From NCBI GenBank assembly GCA_949292385.1, contig CASEZC010000034.1, positions 1 to 42,454 on the forward strand: a stretch of DNA of 42,454 nt, given 5' to 3'. Positions within the stretch are counted from its first letter, which is position 1, and each line of letters begins with the position of its first letter. The translations under genes were made by a program, and so were the position numbers. The notes under the pieces were generated by a model, which was given only the letters and a program-made list of their open reading frames with translations, was not told the origin of the DNA and did not search any database. Of this stretch, positions 36,783-42,454 are shown in pieces. The DNA comes from an uncultured Pseudomonadota bacterium. GTDB taxonomy: Bacteria; Pseudomonadota; Alphaproteobacteria; Rs-D84.

Positions 36783-39180
36783 TAAACTCAATCAGTTAAT
36801 TGATTTGGCGGTGAAATACATTCACCGCCATAGAATTTTGTTTTTATCAATTGCTGTATTGGTAATATTATATTTAATAATTAAGATATTTTTTACCCCG
36901 CCCCTACTAAAAGATATACATTTTTCAAAAGCTTATTTTGATAGAAACGATAAATTATTGCGTATGACGATAAGCGCCGATGAAAAATATCGTATATTCA
37001 CCCCTATTTCTGAAATCAGCCCCTATATTCAACAAGCAACAATATTGTATGAAGATAAATACTTCAAATATCACATTGGTATAAACCCAGTATCTTTAAT
37101 TAAAGCAACAATTAACTATTTTTCTGCTGGCAGTCGTCAGATAGGTGCATCAACCATAACGATGCAAGTTGCCAGATTAAAATACAAATTAAACACCAAG
37201 AATATCAGTGGAAAACTGAAACAAATTGCCGCAGCAATTTACATAGACGCATTTTATAGCAAAGAAGAAATTCTTGAAGCATATCTTAATTTGGCCCCTT
37301 ATGGCGGTAACATCGAAGGTATAGGTTCCGCATCATTAATATATTTTGAAAAGCCAGCAGATAAATTATCGAAAATAGAAGCAATCACATTATCAACCGT
37401 TCCACAAAATCCTGTCAAACGCGGTCTAAATAGCCATGCAGGCTTACAAAACATTGAAAAAATGAGAAAAGATTTAGTAAGCCGTTGGATAGAAAAATAT
37501 CCAGCAGACACAAACCTATATTCTTTGGCAGAAATGCCTATAAACATCAGAACAACAAAGCAACTGCCATTTTTAGCCCCACACTTTGTAAATCATGAAA
37601 TAGAAAAACACAATAACTACTGGGCTAGTCTCGGTCCACAACAGTCAATAATAAAAACCACACTTGATTTAGATTTACAAACAAAACTTGAATCAACATT
37701 ACGAAATGAAATATCTAAACGAAAATCAATTGGCGTAACAAATGCTGCAGCAATTCTAGTTAATTACAAAACCATGGAAGAACTTGTCCATATCGGCTCG
37801 GCCGACTATTACAACAAAGAAATTTATGGTGAAAACGATGGTGTTCATGCGAGACGCAGTCCTGGTTCTACGCTTAAGCCCCTAATTTATGCTGCCGCAG
37901 TTGATAAAGGCTATATACATTCTATGACATTATTAAAAGACGCAAAAATAAGCTTTGGCGTGTATGCGCCGGAAAACGCAGACAATGAATTTTATGGTCC
38001 TGTTCTGGCACGAGACGCCTTAACACACTCCAGAAACATACCTGCTATAAATTTATTAAAACAGATTGGCGTAAAAAACTTTTATAATTTACTATCTGAA
38101 TCCGGTGTTACAAATTTAAAATCACCTGAACATTATGGAATTTCCATCGCTTTGGGCGGGGCAGAAGTATCTATGTTCGAACTTGCCGAAATATATACAA
38201 CAATGGCAAATCTTGGCAAGCACTATAAAATAAATACCGAAAAAAATTTATTCAACGAATCAGAAGCAGAACAAATTTTATCTCCAGAAGCATTCTTTTT
38301 AGTTTTGGATATGCTATCAAGACAATCGATACCATTAAGAAAGATACCATTTACCAAACAAAAAAACTCTAATTTAATACACTATTGGAAAACTGGAACA
38401 TCTTCTTCTTTTCGAGATGCATGGACGGCTGGTATATTTGGTGATTATGTACTAATTGTTTGGGTTGGTAATTTTGACGGTCAACCCAATAATTCTTTCA
38501 GTGGCGCAAAAACGGCAGCTCCAATATATTTCTCGTTGGCGCAAAGCGTTATAAACTACTACTCTATAAAAGGTGAAAAAGTAACTAACAATAATTTTTA
38601 TAATTCTGATTTAAATATATCAGAAATAGAAATGTGTGACGGTGTCGGTGGGTTGGCAGGTAAGTACTGCCCTAAAAAAACAAAAGCATATTTTATTCCA
38701 GGCAAATCGCCAATAGAAACAAGCTCCATATATCGCGCTGTTCCAATAGATAAAACAACCGGACTAAGAGCATGTACGAACGATTCAACTAAAACTAGAA
38801 TGGAAGTTTTTGAATTCTGGGATGCGGAATATCTTGATATGTTTCGTCGTGCTGGTATAAAGAGAAAAACGCCACCACCATTTATGCCTAATTGTAACCT
38901 AGACGAAATAACTAATAACCGTATGCCACCAGTAATATTATCGCCCATTAAAGACACACGCATAGTGATAACGTCTGAAAAAGATTCAGAAAAAATTTAT
39001 TTCAAAGCTATATCAGATATGCCTGAGGCAAAAATATTTTGGTTCTTAGATAATGACTTAATAGGCACCAGCTTTTCTGGGCAAGCCTTTTCAAAAGATG
39101 TCCCAATGGGAGAACACACAATAAGAATAATTGATGAAATGGGTGGTGCGGAAAGTGCAAATTTTTCGGTAATTAAATAA
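36769..39180 (+). CDS. pbpC: Penicillin-binding protein 1C
   Basis: Transglycosylase EDKYF..H.G, GASTITMQVAR, YLNLAPYGGNIEG; transpeptidase STLK, SRN, KTGT; C-terminal Ig-like domain. Confidence 0.95.
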   Translation: MKKTNKLNQLIDLAVKYIHRHRILFLSIAVLVILYLIIKIFFTPPLLKDIHFSKAYFDRNDKLLRMTISADEKYRIFTPISEISPYIQQATILYEDKYFKYHIGINPVSLIKATINYFSAGSRQIGASTITMQVARLKYKLNTKNISGKLKQIAAAIYIDAFYSKEEILEAYLNLAPYGGNIEGIGSASLIYFEKPADKLSKIEAITLSTVPQNPVKRGLNSHAGLQNIEKMRKDLVSRWIEKYPADTNLYSLAEMPINIRTTKQLPFLAPHFVNHEIEKHNNYWASLGPQQSIIKTTLDLDLQTKLESTLRNEISKRKSIGVTNAAAILVNYKTMEELVHIGSADYYNKEIYGENDGVHARRSPGSTLKPLIYAAAVDKGYIHSMTLLKDAKISFGVYAPENADNEFYGPVLARDALTHSRNIPAINLLKQIGVKNFYNLLSESGVTNLKSPEHYGISIALGGAEVSMFELAEIYTTMANLGKHYKINTEKNLFNESEAEQILSPEAFFLVLDMLSRQSIPLRKIPFTKQKNSNLIHYWKTGTSSSFRDAWTAGIFGDYVLIVWVGNFDGQPNNSFSGAKTAAPIYFSLAQSVINYYSIKGEKVTNNNFYNSDLNISEIEMCDGVGGLAGKYCPKKTKAYFIPGKSPIETSSIYRAVPIDKTTGLRACTNDSTKTRMEVFEFWDAEYLDMFRRAGIKRKTPPPFMPNCNLDEITNNRMPPVILSPIKDTRIVITSEKDSEKIYFKAISDMPEAKIFWFLDNDLIGTSFSGQAFSKDVPMGEHTIRIIDEMGGAESANFSVIK

Positions 39181-39182
39181 GA

Positions 39183-40073
39183 TTAATTTAATAAAAACTT
39201 GCTTATATAATTGAAAGAAATTCCAAAAATAAGATTACTGCCATATAAATCTGTTCCGCGAGCTTTTGCCAATCTATACTGCGCATAAGGTCCCATTGTA
39301 AATTTACCCCATAAATTAGTATCCAATCTTATAACTGCGCTTAAATCGCGTTCTAAGTCTGTTGGGATATATTCCGAATAGTCGAAATATTCACGATAAT
39401 AACCATCAAAAGAAAATTTTACACCCTTTCTAACAAGGTATTCCAAACGCCAACCAAATTCAGCACCAAGCTTACTATTTTGTTCATGAGCATATGTGAA
39501 ATCATATTCATGTATACCCGCCAAATATAAACTTTTTATTATTTTATGATCGAACAAAGAAATACCAGCACTTGAACGAATAATATTTTGTCTTGGATTA
39601 GCTTCTGTATCCTCAAACTGAGTTTCATAAGCTTCGCGAATTGTCGGGCCAAATTTTAACGAAGAGAACTCCCAACACGAATAAGATAAATTGCTGGAAA
39701 ACAATATCTTATCTGCATTTTCGTCGGTAGTCGCTGGGGCATTATAAGGTTTTAAAGTGGTTTTACCATACTCCATAAACAAACCATTATCCCACTTAAA
39801 TTTATTCTTTGTATACTCTAAGACAGTATCCAAAGCTCCCTTTATGTAATCCTGACTTGTCGCATTCAAAGCAGACACAGGAGAATCAGCATACTCCGCG
39901 GCATTACGCACCTGTGTTTTTGACATATCCAAGCCAATGCGACGAATTGATAATACTAATTTTGAGGCATCTGAATCTGCATTTTCTGTTTCTACTTCTG
40001 CATATGCATTAAATGAACAAAATACTCCCAGTAACAAAAATGATAAAAAACGTTTATAAAAAATATTTTTCAT
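39183..40073 (-). CDS. Probable outer-membrane beta-barrel protein
   Basis: Signal peptide ending AYA; alternating aromatic/hydrophobic strands; ends FGISFNYISKFLLN; start may be 40073 or 40088. Confidence 0.65.
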   Translation of the reverse strand: MKNIFYKRFLSFLLLGVFCSFNAYAEVETENADSDASKLVLSIRRIGLDMSKTQVRNAAEYADSPVSALNATSQDYIKGALDTVLEYTKNKFKWDNGLFMEYGKTTLKPYNAPATTDENADKILFSSNLSYSCWEFSSLKFGPTIREAYETQFEDTEANPRQNIIRSSAGISLFDHKIIKSLYLAGIHEYDFTYAHEQNSKLGAEFGWRLEYLVRKGVKFSFDGYYREYFDYSEYIPTDLERDLSAVIRLDTNLWGKFTMGPYAQYRLAKARGTDLYGSNLIFGISFNYISKFLLN

Positions 40074-40078
40074 CACAG

Positions 40079-40696
40079 CTATTTCCATATCCGCAAAATA
40101 CCGTCTTGATTAGAATAGCGCCAACCATTTTCTCGTATTGCTATTGTAAAACTTCCTCTTTTAGCACTTGGTATCTCAACAGTAACTTGATTTCCATTTA
40201 TATATTTAGTTCCTATTTCAATACCATCTGCACGCGCCAATTGCTGCAAATTCATCCAGCCCGCAATTTTATCAGACATTATGACTTGTACCAAAAAAAC
40301 ATCCTTATTATTATCTGCATCTGTTAACCAATTTTGAACATTCTTTTCGGTTAACCAATTTTTTGCAGCCTCTCTATCAACCGTCATTGTTATATCAGCT
40401 GAATAAGTGGTATTAGACTGTTTTTCACCGGCAATACTTGAAGAAGCAATCATATTTGTCAGTTCTGTATTTGTCGCACTTGCAACCGCAGGTTTCAACT
40501 GCTCTACATTAGAATACTGAGACAACGTATCTGTTATTATCTGTCTACGCGCCTCATCAAAAGCCATATTTTTGGCGTTTGCTGCAGTATCACTGGTAAT
40601 ATTAACAGACACGGTATCCGTCAGCCCTGCAGCATTTGCCACTGACAAGGCACTAACGAACACACCCATAAATAAAAATAATTTTAATAATTTCAT
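40079..40696 (-). CDS. Exported hypothetical protein
   Basis: Signal peptide ending ANA; VNITSDTAANAKNMAFDEARR pattern, loosely reminiscent of DUF2066/LPP20-type N-termini. Confidence 0.7.
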   Translation of the reverse strand: MKLLKLFLFMGVFVSALSVANAAGLTDTVSVNITSDTAANAKNMAFDEARRQIITDTLSQYSNVEQLKPAVASATNTELTNMIASSSIAGEKQSNTTYSADITMTVDREAAKNWLTEKNVQNWLTDADNNKDVFLVQVIMSDKIAGWMNLQQLARADGIEIGTKYINGNQVTVEIPSAKRGSFTIAIRENGWRYSNQDGILRIWK

Positions 40697-40703
40697 ACCA
40701 CTA

Positions 40704-42191
40704 TCAGAACTTTGCGTTCACCCCTACTCTAATCCCCATGGATTTATAGAAAGCTTCTATTTCACCATTTGCGGAACAAACCCAACCAGGGCACTGTGTT
40801 TCTAAATTCTTTATATTTATAGCTTCTGCACTACCTGTTTCTGGATTCAGCATAGCTTCTTCATTTTCATACAAACCAGAATTCAAAATGGCATTATACC
40901 AATCCATATAGTAATCGCCATTTAGATATGTTTTTGCATCGGCTCCATTTACAGAATAATAATCATAAGTCAAACCAATAGAAAGCGCAACAGAATTTGT
41001 TATAGCTGTTGTCCAGTTTGCTGCCAAACCTAAATGTAATGCGGACCCCATACCAGCTTCGTCCTCGACACTCTTTGGATGTTGCCAGTCAAAACGGTAC
41101 GGCTGATCGCCTGTCGCCTTATACCCAGGCAAACCCAATTCTACGCGACCATTTACAGTATTATTTTCATTAATATCATAATCCATATCAACCGCCACAT
41201 ATGGTCCTGCCCAAGAAACGTCATAATCATGACTTGTGCCAGGTTGTTGATAGAAATAAGTTCCGCCTGGATTTATACCATTTGCTCCATCAGCAATATC
41301 CCAAAAACCGTCATTATTTTCATCTTTGGCATACCATAAAACTTCCTGAGTACCATTATCATAATGAATGATTATAATAGGATTACATTGAATTTCGCCA
41401 CTACCAACATCAACGCACTGCCCTGTGTCTACAGAAAGCCCATAGTTTTTTTCTGTTGTTAAATTATAGCTTAAATATCTATAGCCAACTGATGGCGTAA
41501 ATTTTAAATTCCCTATTTTAAAGAAATCAACCAAACCAATACCCGCATTGAATCCCATCATGCTTCCACCTTGACTGGTTCCAACAGACAAAGCATGTCC
41601 TAACTGATTTCCAATAACGCTGTTATCGTCCGCATTTATCCATTGCGTTATAAAATACCCACCATTTGTAACGTCATCATCAACCATATAAGACTCGCCG
41701 GCCTGCATACCGTACTTAAAGCCAGCATCTATCTGCATCTTTGAGCTACCCAAATCAAAAGCGTAGCCTGCATTCAAATCCAAAACATTCCAAGAAATAT
41801 TATCATAATGTAATATACTTCCCGATTCTTTCATATCAAACTGCCACATAGCCATTTCACGTGACACACCGGCATTTGCCCAAAAACCACTTTTAGTATT
41901 ACCAACCGTTGCCGCAGGAGCAACGCTAGCGGTTTTAGTCGCCTGCTGTTGTGTATTTGAATATCTAGAACTAGAATAACTTGAAGGAGAATAGTTTGGA
42001 CTTGTATAACTTCTGTTATAAGAACTATAAGAATTATACCCCGTCGTCTGACGCTGCGCATAATTTTGTGTAGAATAGCTTTGCTGAGGATTCTGATAAT
42101 ATCCTGTATAATAAGTTCCTGCAGCATTTGCAATAATTGGCAACAAAGCAAACAAAGAACTATGCAAAACCAAGCGCGACAAACTCTTCAT
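40704..42191 (-). CDS. Outer-membrane beta-barrel, omptin/Pom-like
   Basis: Signal peptide, Tyr/Ser/Gln-rich N-terminus, SILHYDNI, MVDDD, WAGPY, RFDWQHPKSVEDEA, terminal GVNAKF. Confidence 0.65.
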   Translation of the reverse strand: MKSLSRLVLHSSLFALLPIIANAAGTYYTGYYQNPQQSYSTQNYAQRQTTGYNSYSSYNRSYTSPNYSPSSYSSSRYSNTQQQATKTASVAPAATVGNTKSGFWANAGVSREMAMWQFDMKESGSILHYDNISWNVLDLNAGYAFDLGSSKMQIDAGFKYGMQAGESYMVDDDVTNGGYFITQWINADDNSVIGNQLGHALSVGTSQGGSMMGFNAGIGLVDFFKIGNLKFTPSVGYRYLSYNLTTEKNYGLSVDTGQCVDVGSGEIQCNPIIIIHYDNGTQEVLWYAKDENNDGFWDIADGANGINPGGTYFYQQPGTSHDYDVSWAGPYVAVDMDYDINENNTVNGRVELGLPGYKATGDQPYRFDWQHPKSVEDEAGMGSALHLGLAANWTTAITNSVALSIGLTYDYYSVNGADAKTYLNGDYYMDWYNAILNSGLYENEEAMLNPETGSAEAINIKNLETQCPGWVCSANGEIEAFYKSMGIRVGVNAKF

Positions 42192-42333
42192 TTTTCCCTT
42201 CCTTTTATTTTTATAAATTTCTTAACAATTGTATCATAAAAATGTTGAAAAAAAAACTGCTTCTTTGTATTATTCACATCCGAAGCGATATAGCAAGACT
42301 GCTCCCTACCATATTTTAGGCAACAGACTTGTG

Positions 42334-42454
42334 ACCGATTGCAGATATGGCGACTACGAAGCAAAGCGAAGTGCCGCCCTGTTGTAGAATTCAAACACGC
42401 AACCAATTGCGGATATGGCGACTACGAAACAAAGTGAAGTGCCGCCCTGTTGTA
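42334..42454. repeat. GC-rich tandem repeat, period 68 bp, cut by the window end
   Basis: Copy 1 starts at 42334, copy 2 at 42402; 49 of 53 comparable bases identical. Confidence 0.9.

Noticed and set aside
42296-42315. Group II intron 3' end (CTCCCTAC-like motif)
   Set aside because: No domain V hairpin upstream and no intron-encoded protein; likely a chance match.
42188-42406. 72-aa minus ORF and 60-aa plus ORF (42137..42319)
   Set aside because: They cross a repeat with non-triplet period and AT-rich promoter DNA; no recognisable protein features.
42334-42454. CRISPR array
   Set aside because: The shared segment is at least 53 bp with 4 mismatches and at most 15 nt could be a spacer; only two units are visible and no cas genes are in the window.

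Overview
AT-rich bacterial chromosomal window. Gene content and order (rho, ssb, eno, lptC/lptB, carD, bamE, ctpA/envC, tyrS, rpsB-tsf, alpha-2-macroglobulin/PBP1C, plus a single-chain pyruvate:ferredoxin oxidoreductase) suggest an anaerobic, probably host-associated alphaproteobacterium; this taxonomy is inference only. Most of the window is housekeeping and envelope genes with clear intrinsic terminators and sigma70-like promoters. No integrase, transposase, CRISPR array or prophage core gene was seen. Small accessory genes sit between the core genes: an orphan overlapped Rz/Rz1-like (spanin-like) pair behind rho; a divergent kinase-fold protein with an intact DFG but an altered catalytic loop; an Imm-like superinfection immunity gene behind eno; a convergent Fic (catalytic His->Gln, Doc-like NKR) plus APH-like kinase pair between envC and ctpA; two tandem paralogous 20-aa LRR proteins (13 and 5 repeats); several Cys-rich exported proteins; a 52-aa ORF absent from the track; and a GC-rich 68-bp tandem repeat cut by the window end. 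Several genes look leaderless. All calls come from reading motifs by eye; no searches were run.
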